This document shows, piece after piece, positions 37,446-49,500 of a DNA stretch of 64,000 nt; positions within the stretch are counted from its first letter, which is position 1; each line of letters begins with the position of its first letter. The notes under the pieces are model-generated. The model was not told the origin of the DNA. It did no database searches and was given only the letters and a program-made list of their open reading frames with translations. The stretch covers positions 100,420,965 to 100,484,964 of the forward strand of contig NC_057718.1 of NCBI RefSeq assembly GCF_004010195.1, given 5' to 3'. Made by a program: the position numbers and the translations under genes. This stretch comes from Chiloscyllium plagiosum. Its lineage: Eukaryota.

Positions 37446-38719
37446 ACTTGTTAAAGGTGGTGTGTTTTCCCACCTTAAGTACCCTCCCAGGCAGTGCAAG
37501 CCAGGAATGAATCTGTGGAATTTTTTACCACATGGGGCTATCAAGACTGGGTTGTGGAGGATATTCAAGGCTGAGACATGTTTTAATCAGGAAGGGAATC
37601 AAGGGCTATGGAGGTTAAGGATTGTGGTTGCCATGGTCTCTCTGCATGACGGTAGACAGGCAGGAGGCTGGAAGAACACAGCAAGCCAGGCAGCATCAGA
37701 AGGGTGGAGAAGGCAACATTTCGGGTGTAACCTGAAGAAGGCTTATACCTGAAAAGTTGCCTTCTCCACCTCCTGATGCTGCCTGGCTTGCTGTGTTCTT
37801 CCAGCCTCCAGCCTGCCCACCTTCGATTCCAGTAACTGCAGTTTTTTTGTCTCATTGAATGACGGAGAGGATTTGATGGGCTGAATGGCCTATATCTGCT
37901 ATTCTGCTTTATGGAATTAATTTCTGATTTCATTACAATTACCTGGTTCTACCCTCTTCCTTGAATCTTTAAAACCTGAATATGGAGAGCAGAGTAATTG
38001 ACGCCTCTAGGGTATCTCTGCCGCTGTAGTCAGTTCTATGTTTTAAGGATTGTTTTGCAGAAAGGAGCTCAAGCCAAGCAAAGTGTTAAAATGTCAAAAA
38101 AAGGCGACTCAAGATATATTTCCCTCTGTGCACAAAGTCCAAGACTAATTTGTTTTAATAAACTGTCCCTAAAAACCACTGATTGTTTACTGAACGCCTT
38201 TTACTTTAAAGTTGACACATGTCATGAATAGGAAGGAAATAGAGGGATACGGATCCTGTATGTGAAGGCAGTTTTATTATGGAAGGGCAAAATGTGTCAG
38301 CACAGACTTGGAGGGCCAAAGGGCCTGTTCTTATGCTGGATTGTTATTCGTATGATCCTATAAATATACTTAAAAGGGATCATGGCAGGTACCTGAGGAC
38401 AAGGAATGGACTGACCTAAAGTGAAGGTGTCTAATGTTGTACAATTTCTCTTCTAAAGAGTCAGAATAGATAGTGTTGGGCAGAATGACCTCCTTCCTGA
38501 GTTGTGCGCGATTTTAAAAAAAGCCTCTTGCTTCAGAAAACCTGAGTGATGGTAATTAAACAAAAATATTTCAGTGGGATGTGGGCATTTGTTGTCCATC
38601 CCTAATTGCCCTCGAGCTAAGAGGCTTTTGCTTGGCCATTTCAGGGGGTGGTTAAGACCAGAATTCCCTCTGATTTTGTGCCTGGCCACGTGGTCCTCCA
38701 AGGATCATGTGCAATGACG

Positions 38720-38970
38720 TTCATTCATCCATCGGCAGTCCCTCGCAGATGAGGGTGACTCTCTCCCAGTCTCAGGGTGTGTCCGTGGGTGGCTGTACAG
38801 AGTGATGGGGTTACCGCAGGCTCTGTTACACTTGAGGCAGCTGGTGGTCATGGGAAGGGGGTGGGTGGTGCGTAGGTGTGACACCGCGCTCCTTTCGCTG
38901 TTTCTGCCTGGTTTCCGCTCAACACCTTCCCGGATGCTCTTCATGCACTTTGAGCTGTCTTGGGCGATGT
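38720..38970 (-). mobile_element. RTE-clade LINE 3' fragment
   Basis: Minus strand CLKCNRACGNPITLYSHPRTH resembles the RTE C-terminal CxxCxRxCxSRIGLxSHxRxH motif. Confidence 0.7.
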
Positions 38971-39884
38971 ATTCTGAACTGGAAGCCAATCTTAGAATCT
39001 CTGTGATTATTGATCATCACAGAACGCGAGTACTGAGGGAAATTCACAAGTCAAGGAAAAGCGAAATTAAAACAAAGATTCTGGAAATCTGAAATGACAA
39101 TAGAAACTGTTGGGGGAGCTCAGCAGGGAGCTGTCTTGGGCGATGTATTCTGAACTGGAAGCTAATCTTAGAATCTCTGTGATTATTGATCATCACAGAA
39201 CGCGAGTACTGAGGGAAATTCACAAAGTCAAGGGAAAGCGAAAATAAAACAAAGATTCTGGAAATCTGAAATGACACTAGAAACTGTTGGGGGAGCTCAG
39301 CAGGTCTGGCAACATTAGTGGAGAGAGAAACAAGGTTAATGCTTCGAGGTCAATCCTGATGAAGGGTCACCGAACCCAGAAATGTTGTCTCTGCCTTCTC
39401 TCCGCGCATGTTCTGCTAGATCTGCTGAGTTTCTCCACCAATATCTGCTTCTGTTAAAGGGGAAGTAACATTTTTATACTGCACGAGGAAAGAGTGAGTT
39501 TGTGAATTGTCCAGGAGAGTGTAAGATTACAAGCTTTGGCAGAATGGCAAAAAGATATTGGTGTTAGGAACAAAGCTTTCCAATTTCAGGCATCCAGTAT
39601 CAGTGCTGAGGATTCCTCAGGCAGTGATAACACCTTATGTAAAGGCGCCATCCCGAAGTTTCTCTTTGGGAATGGGTAGCTGGTAAATCATGACAGATGA
39701 TAAAATTTGAATTCAATGACAAATGTAAATCTGGAGTATTTAGTGAACCTCATGATGACCTCTGTTAGTTGTCATAAAAGTCCATTATGGTAGCATGGTG
39801 ATTCTGTCCCTACCTTTGAGCCAGGAGGCCCAGGCTCAAGTCCCACTTGTTCCAAGGGCATGTAATAACAACTTCCCACCCCCC

Positions 39885-40467
39885 CCATCCTCACCACATT
39901 CTACAGAGGGTTCATTGACAGTACCCTGAGCTGCTGCATCCCTGCCTGGTTCAGGAATTGTACCGTCTCGGATTGTAAGACCCTACAACGGAGAGTGAGG
40001 ACAGCTGAGAGGATCATCGGGGTCTCTCTCCCCTCCATTACAGACACTTAACACCCCATGCTGCATCCGAAAGGCTAAGAGCATTGTGGAAGACCCCACA
40101 CATCCTCACTCAAACTCTTCTTCCTCCTGCCACCTGGCAGAAGATATGGGAGCATTCAGACTCTTACGGTCAGACTGTGCAACAGTTCCTTCCCCCAAGC
40201 CATCAGGCTCCTTAACGCAGTGTGATCGGACTCTTTCCCATCTGAAATTCTTTGGCATTGCTGCTAGAAAAATATCTATTATTCATCATTCTTTTGTTAC
40301 ACCGTAACTTGCGTGTTTTGCACTTCTTATACACTTTATGCCGTGTACGATTGTGTAGTTTGTGCTGTCCATGTAGCACCCTCGGGCCTGGAGGAATGCT
40401 GTCTCGTTTTTTACTCTATCAATTGTGTATGGTAGAAATGATAAATAAAAGGTACTCTACTCTACTG
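39885..40467 (+). mobile_element. Rex1/Babar LINE 3' fragment
   Basis: Encodes ILTTFYRG...AWFRNCTVSDCKTLQRRVRTAERIIG; ends in aataaa plus a (ctact)n tail. Confidence 0.8.
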
Positions 40468-40519
40468 TGAGCAGCTGATTAGAAAATATCGAAAGGCCCC
40501 TCTGGTTCACTTAGAGTTA

Positions 40520-40990
40520 TACAACATAGAATCCTATCCATGTACTTATCCAAATGTCTTTTAAACTTACACATGTGCAGCGTCCTCTATGTAAACATTT
40601 GCCCCTCATGTCTTTCTTTAAAACCTCTTTCCACTCATCTTAAAAATGTGCCCTCTAGTCTTGAAATCCCCCATCCTAGGGAAAAGACAACTCACATCAA
40701 CTCTATCTATACCCCTCATTATTTTTATTCACTTTCATAAGGTCACCTCTCAACCTCCTACCCTCTAGTGAATAAAAGTCTCAGGCTATCCAGCCTTTCT
40801 TTCCAACTCAAACCTTCAAGACCCAACAACATCCTGATAAATCTCTTCTGAACCATCTCGATACCCTTCCTATAACTGGGCAATCAGAACTGGACACAAT
40901 ATTCCAGAAGAGGCCTAACTAATGTCCTGTACAATCTCAACATGACGTCCCAATTCTTATACTCAAAGGACTGAGCAATGAAGGCAATGG
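40520..40990 (-). mobile_element. CR1 ORF2 3' fragment
   Basis: ggtcacctctcaacctccta...cagaactggacacaatattccag; reverse strand reads LEYCVQFW-like. Confidence 0.75.
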
Positions 40991-41146
40991 CTGTTAACTT
41001 CGTCCTACCCTCCTACCTTCTCCCCATCGACCTCACAGATTTGTTTTCTTTTCTCGAGAGGTACTTATCTCTTACGAAAGCCTTGTTTGGACTTGCCTTT
41101 GCTCCCCTCTCACTCCCCTTCACCCCCACCCTTGGACAGTGCAATC

Positions 41147-41365
41147 TGTAGTGATTGTAATGCGGTCAGAATATGAGTTCCCTGATTGGGGCTCTTAACC
41201 GGGTCCAAATAGGGAGCCCTGGCTGATGTATAAGAACAGGGGTATCAGACATCCTGTTCTCTCTGAGAGCTGGCTCTGAGGGAGCTGGATCAGTGTCAAA
41301 GACTGTCCATGAGTAAATAAAGGATGACTTGATGATGGGACACTGGCCTCTCTAGAGTTATTTCA
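41147..41365 (+). mobile_element. Short solo-LTR-like element
   Basis: TGtagtg...ttattCA ends; ctgattgg CCAAT-type box, gtataag and aataaa in the expected LTR order; TSD unclear. Confidence 0.55.
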
Positions 41366-42704
41366 AAGTCCAGATCCTAAACATCAGCTGCATTTAAAAC
41401 ATTCCCCCTCTTGTCACCACTGTATCTTGTGCCATTTTCCTTAAATCCGTGTCTTCCAACTCTAACTCTTTCTGTTAGTGATCATGATTTCTCTCTATCA
41501 GCTACATAGCAGGGAAATTGATGTTATATACAAGTGTCCATGTTAATACTGAGTATTTTTTTTACATTATGTGTTTCAGAAAATGTGGGACATGTGGTCA
41601 GAACATAGTGTTTGTGCACATCTTTCTGTTGATGTTCATAAGCCATTGGATCATTGTTACCATAGCCTTAGTAGGTTCATGAGTATTATCTTGCTTCTTC
41701 ACTGATTTTCTTCAGGCACCATTGGTCAACATCTCCATGTTACCTACTGAAACAATTATCCTTCTCCCTCTTCTTCTGTTACTCTCAACTCCTCCTTCAG
41801 ATATTGCCAGGGCAAGGCTGCCAGGTCTTCATTCCCAATACCTACAATAGGCTATTTTTTCTGATAATCCCTGATGAAGAGCTTATGCCCGAAATGCTCG
41901 AATCTGATCTCCAGCATCTGCAGTCCTCACTTTCTCCTAACTTTTTCTCTCTCTGTCTCTCTCTCTTTCTCCCCGCCTTCCTCTCTCTCTCTCTCTCTCT
42001 GTAACTACATTTGGCAACCCTTTCGTTACCCAAACTACTACTCTTGATCCAATCCACATTTTTGCCCTTTCTATCCATCCAGATGATTCTGAGTGCCTTT
42101 CACTAAGGGCACTCATCCTTGCACTCCTCATTCTTCAGAGTCCAACTCCTCATGTGTGTTGAGTGTAACATCTCCACATTAGCGACTGTAGCTGGTGAAA
42201 ATGCCTCGCTTCTCAAATGAGGGAGGGTGGAAGTACTTTGAAAACGTCGGCATTATTTTCTGTTTCTCTTGTGCGATATTTGCGGTTAATTTAGTTGGTT
42301 GGCCAACACTGGTTTAAGAGGGTGCGTTACACAAAGCTGCTGATGGACGGTCAGATGCTGCTCTGGTTTGAGGCACTGGTGAGATTGTAATCTACATGAC
42401 AAACCCCTGGATACGCAGAACAATAACAACTTGAACCATTGACCAACAGCGCTTAGAAATTCAAAATTATGTTTCAGAACACAGAAAGACATAATGTCCC
42501 AGAGGTACACGTTTCAGAGTGTTCAAAAGGTTGGGGAAAATCTGAGAAAATGCAGAACACTTTTTAGTTCAATTCCATGATTTGCAAAGTAACATTTAAT
42601 CATGAATTTCACTTCTCCAGCTCTTTTAACTTTTGGAATGCAGATTCAGTGTAAGTTTCAATCCCATTTGTTTAAGCAGACATGGCACCATTAATCTCGT
42701 TCCT

Positions 42705-43640
42705 GGATCAGTGGTGCTGGAAGAGCACAGCAGGTCAGGCAGCATCCGAGGAGCAGGCAAAATCGACGTTTCGGGCAAAAGCCCTTCATCAGGAATAAAG
42801 GCAGAGAGCCTGAAGCGTGGAGAGATAAGCTAGAGGAGGGTGAGAGTGGGGAGAAAGTAGCATAGAGCACAATAGGTCAGTGGGGGAGAAGATGAAGGTG
42901 ATAGGTCAGGGAGGAGAGGGTGGAGTGGATAGGTGGTGGGAGGGGGAGTTGAAATGTTGGGCCACTGGGCGATTTGGTTGATTGGTGCGGGTGTCTCGGA
43001 GATGTTCCCTAAAGCGCTCTGCTAGGAGGTGTCCAGTCTCCCCAATGTAGAGGAGACCGCATTGGGAGCAACGGATACAATAAATGATATTAGTGGATTT
43101 GCAGGTAAAACTTTGATGGATGTGGAAGGCTCCTTTAGGTCCTTGGATGGAGGTGAGGGAGGAGGTGTGGGCGCAGGTTTTACAGTTCCTGCGGTGGCAG
43201 GGGAAAGTGGCAGGATGGGAGGGTGGGTCGTAGGGGGATGTGGACCTGACCAGGTAGTCACGGAGGGAGCGGTCTTTGCGGAAGGCGGAGAGGGGTGGGG
43301 AGGGAGATATATCCCTGGTGGTGGGGTCTGTTTGGAGGTGGCGGGAATGTCGGCGGATGATTTGGTTTATGGGAAGGTTGGTAGGGTGGAAGGTGAGCAC
43401 CAGGGGCGTTCTGTCCTTGTTACGGTTGGAGGGGTGGGGTCTGAGGGCGGAGGTGCGGGATGTGGACGAGATGCGTTGGAGGGCATCTTTAATTACGTGG
43501 GAAGGGAAATTGCGGTTTCTAAAGAAGGAGGCCATCTGGTGTGTTCTGTGGTGGAACTGGTCCTCCTGGGAGCAGATACGGCAGAGGCGGAGGAATTGGG
43601 AATACGGGATGGCATTTTTGCAAGAGATAGGGTGGGAAGA
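42705..43640 (-). mobile_element. Neptune-type Penelope-like element, 3' part (Cys linker, GIY-YIG endonuclease, terminus with HHR)
   Basis: ORF 42906-43535 contains PLVLTFHP, CHRRNCKTC and NIIYCIRCSQCGLLYIGETG...RFREH; the family A terminus follows. Confidence 0.92.
42761..42796 (-). ncRNA. Minimal type I hammerhead ribozyme motif (intact core)
   Basis: Minus strand AUUC-CUGAUGA-A-GGGC-UUUU-GCCC-GAAAC-GUC|GAUU, in sense orientation to the PLE ORF. Confidence 0.8.
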
Positions 43641-44116
43641 TCATTAATGCAGAGCACAGGGTGTATAAACAATGGTTTCATGCCAATTTTATTATCCAGT
43701 CACGTGCCGGACTCTGGCATTAAGCATCATGTGATTTTGTCGTGTAGCTGCAAGAATAATCTGAAGGACTTGCCTGACACGTCTGTCTGTGAGTTATTCC
43801 AGTGTTTCTCCAGAGGCCCCATTTATTCCTCAACGAGGAACTGAACTGTGCCCATGGAACAAGTCCTGGGGAAGAGGCGACAAAGTGATATTGAAAAATA
43901 TCAGAGCAGCCATGATATCATTGAATGGCGGGGCAGTCTCGATGGACTGAATGGCCTACTTCTGTGGCAAGTCTTATCAGCTAATTTGTGGTGTGGTGCA
44001 GACTCTGTCCCGGGTCAGCTGATTTCACTCGCAAGAGACGGACATTACGCCCTGTACTCCATAGCAAGGCAAAATGAGATATGGGACAGACCCTCCTCTT
44101 CAGGTGATCTTCTCTT

Positions 44117-44508
44117 ATAGAGTCATAGAGATGTACAGCATGGAAACAGACCCTTCGGTCCATCCCGTCCATGCCGACCAGATATCCCAACCCAATCTAG
44201 TCCCACCTGCCAGCACTCGGCCCATATCCCTCCAAACCCTTCCTATTCATATACCCATCCAAATGCCTCCTGAATGTTGCAATTGTACCAGCCTCCACCA
44301 CATCCTCTGGCAGCTCATTCCATACACGTACCACCCTCTGCGTGAAAAAGTTGCCCCTTAGGTCTCTTTTATATCTTTCCCGTCTCACCCTAAACCTATG
44401 CCCTCTAGTTCTGGACTCCCCAACCCCAGGGAAAAGACTTTGCCTATTTACCCTATCTATGCCCCTCATAATTTTGTAAACCTCTATAAGGTCACCCCTC
44501 AGCCTCCG
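44117..44508 (-). mobile_element. CR1/HER1 3' fragment (well preserved)
   Basis: ORF 44197-44469 contains RTRGH...RGNFFTQRVVRVWNELPE. Confidence 0.92.
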
Positions 44509-44822
44509 AGTAGGCTGCAGATGTCGTATGTGAAGGGTTGAGTTTAGACAACATATCTTTGACAGTCAAGTAACCATCTGCCATTCAGTCACTGGACTGG
44601 TGCATGGTCATTCACACAAAATAGAATCCATTTCCGCATCAGGGTAATTCTAACCCGAGAGTGTGGTGCTGGAAAAGCACAGTCAGTCAGGCAGGATTTC
44701 TGATGAAGGGCTTATGCCTGAAATGTTGACTCTCCTGCTCCTTAGATACTGTCTGACCTGCTGTGCTTTTCCAGCACCACACTTTTCGAATCTGATCTCC
44801 AGAATGGGTGTCAGTGGGGGAG

Positions 44823-46730
44823 CACCTAGGGGCCAGCGACCATAATTCTATTAGTTTTAACATAGTGATGGAATAAGATAGACCAGATCAAACTGTTGAA
44901 GTTCTAAATTGGAGGAAGGCTAATTTTGATAGTATTAGGCAAGAACTTTCAAAAGCTGATTGGGGACAGATATTCGCAGGTAAAGGGACGGCTGGGAAAT
45001 GGGAAGCCTTCAGAAATGAGATAACGAGAGTCCAGAGGCAGTATATTCCTGTCAGGGTGAAAGGAAAAGCTGGTAGGTGTAGGAAATGCTGGATGACTGG
45101 AGAAATTGAGGGTTTGGTTAAGAAAAAGAAGGAAACATATGTCAGGTATAGACAGGATAGATCGAGTGAATCCTTAGAAGAGTATAAAGGAAGTAGGAGT
45201 ATACTTAAGAGGGAAATCAGGAGGGAAAAACAGGGACATGAGATAGCTTTGGCAAATAGGGTTAAGGAGAATCCAAAGGGTTTTTACAAACACATTAAGG
45301 ACAAAAGGGTAACTAGGGAGAGAATAGGTCCCCTCATAGATCAGCAAGGCAGCCTTTGTGTGGAGCCGCAGGAGATGGGGCAGATACTAAATGAGTATTT
45401 TGCATCAGTATTTACTGTGGAAAAGGACATGGAAGATATAGAATGTGGAGAAATGGATGGTGACACCTTGAAAAATGTCCAGATTACAGAGGAGGAAGTG
45501 CTGGCTGTCTTGAAATGCATAAAAGTGGATAAATCCCCAGGACCTGATCAGGTGTGCGCTAGAATTCTGTGGGAAGCTAGGAAATTGATTGCTGGGCCCC
45601 TTGCTGAGATATTTGTATCATCGATAGTCACAGGTGAGGTGCCAGAAGACTGGAGGTTGGCAAACGTGGTGCCACTGTTTAAGAAGGGCGGTAAAGACAA
45701 GCCAGGGAACTATACACCGGTGAGCCTGACCTCAGTGGTGAGCAAGTTGTTGGAGGGAATCCTGAGGGACAGGGTGTACATGTATTTGGAAAGGCAAGGA
45801 CTGATTAGGGATAGTCAACATGGCTTTGTGCATGGGAAATCATGTCTTACAAACTTGAATGAATTTTTTGAAGAAGTAACAAAGAGGTTTGATGAGGGCA
45901 GAGTGGTGGACGTGATCTATATGGACTTCAGTAAGGCATTCAACAAGGTTCCCCATGAGAGACTGGTTAGCAAGGTTAGATGTCATAGAATACAGGGAGA
46001 ACTAGCTATTTGGATACAGAACTGGCTCAAAGGTAGAAGACAGAGGGTGGTGTTGGAGGGTTGCTTTTCAGACTGGAGGCCTGTGACCAGTGGAGTGCCA
46101 CAAGGATCGGTGCTGGGTCCACTATGTTTTCTTATTTATATAAATTATTTGGATATGAACATAGGAGGTATAGTTAGTATGTTTGCAGATGACACCAAAA
46201 TTCGAAGTGTAGTGGACAGTGAAGAAGGTTACCTCAGAGTACAACGGGATCTTGACCAGATGGGCCAATGGGCTAAGAAGTGGCCGATGGAGTTTAATTT
46301 AGAAAAATGCGAGGGTATGAGCTAGAAAGAGAGGCTAGAAAAGCTCAAGTTATTTTCTCTGGAGTGCTGGAGGCTGAAGGGAGACGATAGAAGTCTATAA
46401 AATTATGAGATGCAGCGATAGGGTTAACAGTCAGAATCTTTTTCCAAAGGTGAAATGTCTAAAAACAGGGGGCATGCATTTAAGGTGAGAGGGGGAAAGT
46501 TCAAAGGAGATGTGAGGGGCATGTTTTTTTACAACAAAGAGTGGTAGGAGTGTGGAACGTGCTGCCGACAGGGCATGGGGGGTGTTTAAGGGGCTTTTAC
46601 ATAAGAATAAGCAAGTAATGGAGGGATATGGACAGGCAGAAGGGGTTAGTTTAATTTGGTCTCATCTTTGCTACAACATTGTGGGCCGGAAGGTCTGTTT
46701 CTGTACTGTGCTATCCTGTTCTATGTTCTC
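44823..46730 (+). mobile_element. Truncated CR1/HER1 LINE ORF2 (RT domain) joined to a CR1 tail
   Basis: ORF 45057-46325 contains KSPGPD, PLFKKG, QHGF, DFSKAF, GVPQGSVLGP and FADD; SDHN endonuclease end upstream; the sequence jumps to the tail near 46314. Confidence 0.95.
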
Positions 46731-46859
46731 TCTCACTATCTCTTTATCTGTAGCACCAATTTCTCTGATGTGTCATATCTCTGTCAGACTTTGAATGTTG
46801 CAGTTCAGTGCATTCTTTGACCAGAACTAGTCTTTTATATATAAGAGAGCAGTGATCAG

Positions 46860-47360
46860 GACATGCTCAAGAATACCAAAGGAAGGGGGAAACAGTACTT
46901 CATACCATCTGAGGAGAGAATTTTGAAGGGTTCTCTGATTGGTATGTTTGCCATGACAGTAACTGAACGAGTTAGGTAATGATTGACTGTTAACTGCCAA
47001 GCTTTCTGTCTGCGAAGATCAGAGCCCTGTGTATTAATATCTGGAGCTTCCAGCATGCACAAACACACACACACACACATACGCACAAACACACACACAC
47101 ACAAAACTGACAATCGTAAATTGGTTGTTAGCAAATTTTTAGCATCCTCTGGGTGGTTTAGCAAATGCTGTCCAATTGTGGAATGATGTGGAGGTGCAGG
47201 TGTTGGACTGGTGTAGGCAGGGTGAGAAGTCACACGACACCAGTTTATTTGAAGTCGCAAGCTTTCGGAGCACAGCTGCTTCGTCAGATGAGTTGTGCAA
47301 TCACATCTAATGATACCTTGATGAGTTCAAGATGAAAGATTCCAACAAAATGCGTCCTTT
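46860..47360 (-). mobile_element. Decayed PLE 3' end containing a family B insert (about 47185-47292)
   Basis: Minus strand IGQHLLNHP...LEA..INTQG; the insert carries ctgacga-agcagc-tgt-gctcc-gaaagc. Confidence 0.65.
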
Positions 47361-48533
47361 TTCAGTAATACCGCAAGTTTTGCATGACCTGACAATTGTT
47401 CATTACAATACAATATGTTACATTCAAGGTTAATTCTTCGTCTAAAAGATACCACTCTGTTTGCCGTGTTAAGGTAGTATTGTATTGGATAATTTAACAC
47501 CTATTAGATTTTCTGTGCACTAATATATAGGAATCTATCATGCCTATCCTTTCAGCCCTTATGCCATTATTATCCACATTAGCTATTAATCAGCAGCAAT
47601 TTGTTTGTGTTCTTTGAGTATTTGGTGCCAAGTTTTTTTTCCAGAGAAAATGTACTTTTATTATTAAAAATAGCCCAGCATTATACATCATAACAAGTAA
47701 CAAGTCTCTGGCAGTGAGTTTAAGAGAGTAATTGGATCGTGTGTTTCTGCTGTTTTTCAGAACACACTTTAGCGGATGCTTTCTGACTGAACCCGTAACT
47801 TGCAGCCAGCTATTTATTCATAAAATACTTCATGTAATTTTACCAATTTATGTTCTTCCCATACAGCTCATGCCACACCAAGACCTTTGAACTTACCCCA
47901 GTGGTGCGGCTCATTAAACTGAGATTGGGATCTGTTATGCTTAGTGTCAAAGAGAGAAAAAAAATGGCTTAATTTCTCAACACTACCTCACAAAGAGAAT
48001 CCTGGAACAGTATACCGCCCAGAATAGGCCATTCGGCCCATCAACTTTGCTCTTCTGTGGCTCAATTCCACTCCTCTGCCCTTTATCTGCCTTTTAATTC
48101 TCCCGCTATAACTTACCCAGTTCGCTTTTCAAGGCAATTATTGAATCTGTCTCTATCCTCCTGTCAGACTGTGAATTCTTTACACATCCTAGGAAATAAT
48201 GACAAAGTAATTTAGAGCACTTTCTGCTAACACCAGTTTGTGAATGTGAAATGAATCAGTATAAATATAGACCCTTGTTGACAAAAGATTTTCTGATGCA
48301 TTCATCAGAACAATTTGCAAGAATATTGTTACAAACGGGAATAAGATTCAATTGTACTTTAAGAGCAGAGGATGCTCTGTTCATGCAGTAAAAATTGTTG
48401 TTCCCCTTTGTTGTGAGTCATCTGATTTGTACAGGATGAAAAATGTTGACAAAATGTGTCTTCTCACAGGAATGCTCCATTTTTGTACTTCAGATTTTTG
48501 ATATGAATTGCTCTCACTTTCTTCAACTTGCAG

Positions 48534-48785
48534 AATAGTGTTAATGTGGGAAAGTCCTTATCCACTAGTGCGGCTCGGACTGCTGATACAGTGAGAGAGT
48601 ACGAGGGGAAGGCCGATGCTTCTCGTTATCAGACAGAACAGAGAACGTTTCCAAAACCCCGGACTCAACAGGAGGAGGAACGTGCACCCTTCCAGAGAGA
48701 CGGACCCAGGACATTCCTCTTAGATCTGGAGAACTTCCCTGATCTGTCCAAAGTGGATATCAATGGGCAGAACCCCAACATACAG
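48534..48785 (+). CDS. ISM1: Internal coding exon (exon 2 equivalent) of isthmin-1
   Basis: Translates NSVNVGKS...[46 protein letters not shown]. This matches my recollection of human ISM1 NNLNVGSD...[51 protein letters not shown]. Acceptor ctctcactttcttcaacttgcag|AAT; donor CAG|gtacag; 252 nt, phase 0-0. Confidence 0.93.
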
Positions 48786-49133
48786 GTACAGTAGTAAAGC
48801 TATTGACTCTTCTAGTGCCTGTATGTGAATGGCATTAGAAGATTATTATGGTCTATCAGCATCTAAAATAGACACTAATGCTCATTGACTTGCTTCCGAA
48901 AGATACACAAGGCCCAATTGTCAGCAATATTCACCAAGAATGGCGCACTGAACTGGGCAAATTATTAATTAAATTTTATTTAAACAAACAACATTTTTAT
49001 TTTTCTTTGAGGGAAGTGTTAAGTGAATTACTGTTTAAATTTCTCATAATGCTTTATTTTGTCTCAGCTTGGTTGTTTCAGTTCCAAAGTATTAAGATGT
49101 CTTTTGTTTCACTGTTTTTGTCTTTGAAAGTAA

Positions 49134-49268
49134 GGAGAAAGTGAGGTCTGCAGATGCTGGAGATCAAAGTTGAAACTTTATTGCTGGAACAGCACAGCAG
49201 GTCAGGCAACATCCAGGGAACAGGACATTCGACGTTTCGGGCACAGGCCCTTCTTCAGGAATGATTAG
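49134..49268 (-). mobile_element. Short family A PLE-terminus insertion
   Basis: 13-bp TSD tctttgaaagtaa at 49121-49133 and 49284-49296. Confidence 0.85.
49226..49263 (-). ncRNA. Minimal type I hammerhead ribozyme motif (intact core, 5-bp stem I)
   Basis: Minus strand CAUUC-CUGAAGA-A-GGGC-CUGU-GCCC-GAAAC-GUC|GAAUG. Confidence 0.8.
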
Positions 49269-49373
49269 ATACAAATGTTTACTTCTTTGAAAGTAAACAT
49301 TTGTATTTTCATAGAGCATTTTATTATCATAAGATATCTCCAAAGGGCATTGAGATAACTTTTGAGCACTGAA

Positions 49374-49500
49374 GACTTCACCTGATGGAGGACCAGCGCT
49401 CTGAAAGCTTGTGATTTCAAATAAAGCCGTTGGACTATAACCCGGTTGATCTGACTTCTGACCTTGTCCACCCTAGTCCAACACTGGCACCTCTACATCA
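49374..49500 (+). mobile_element. Family B PLE terminus with decayed HHR
   Basis: cacctgatggaggaccagcgctctgaaagcttgtg...tagtccaacactggcacctctacatca. Confidence 0.75.

Noticed and set aside
43029..43844. 271-aa plus-strand ORF
   Set aside because: It is the antisense shadow of the PLE ORF.
48275..48313. Minus-strand ttgtt-ctgatga-atgcatca-gaaa...gtc-aacaa as a hammerhead
   Set aside because: No proper stem II can form and the core is sequestered in a local palindrome; at best a decayed PLE remnant.
1..48533. ISM1 exon 1 or exons of neighbouring genes
   Set aside because: No MVRLAAE-like signal-peptide exon or CpG-island promoter was found by eye; a short divergent exon could have been missed.
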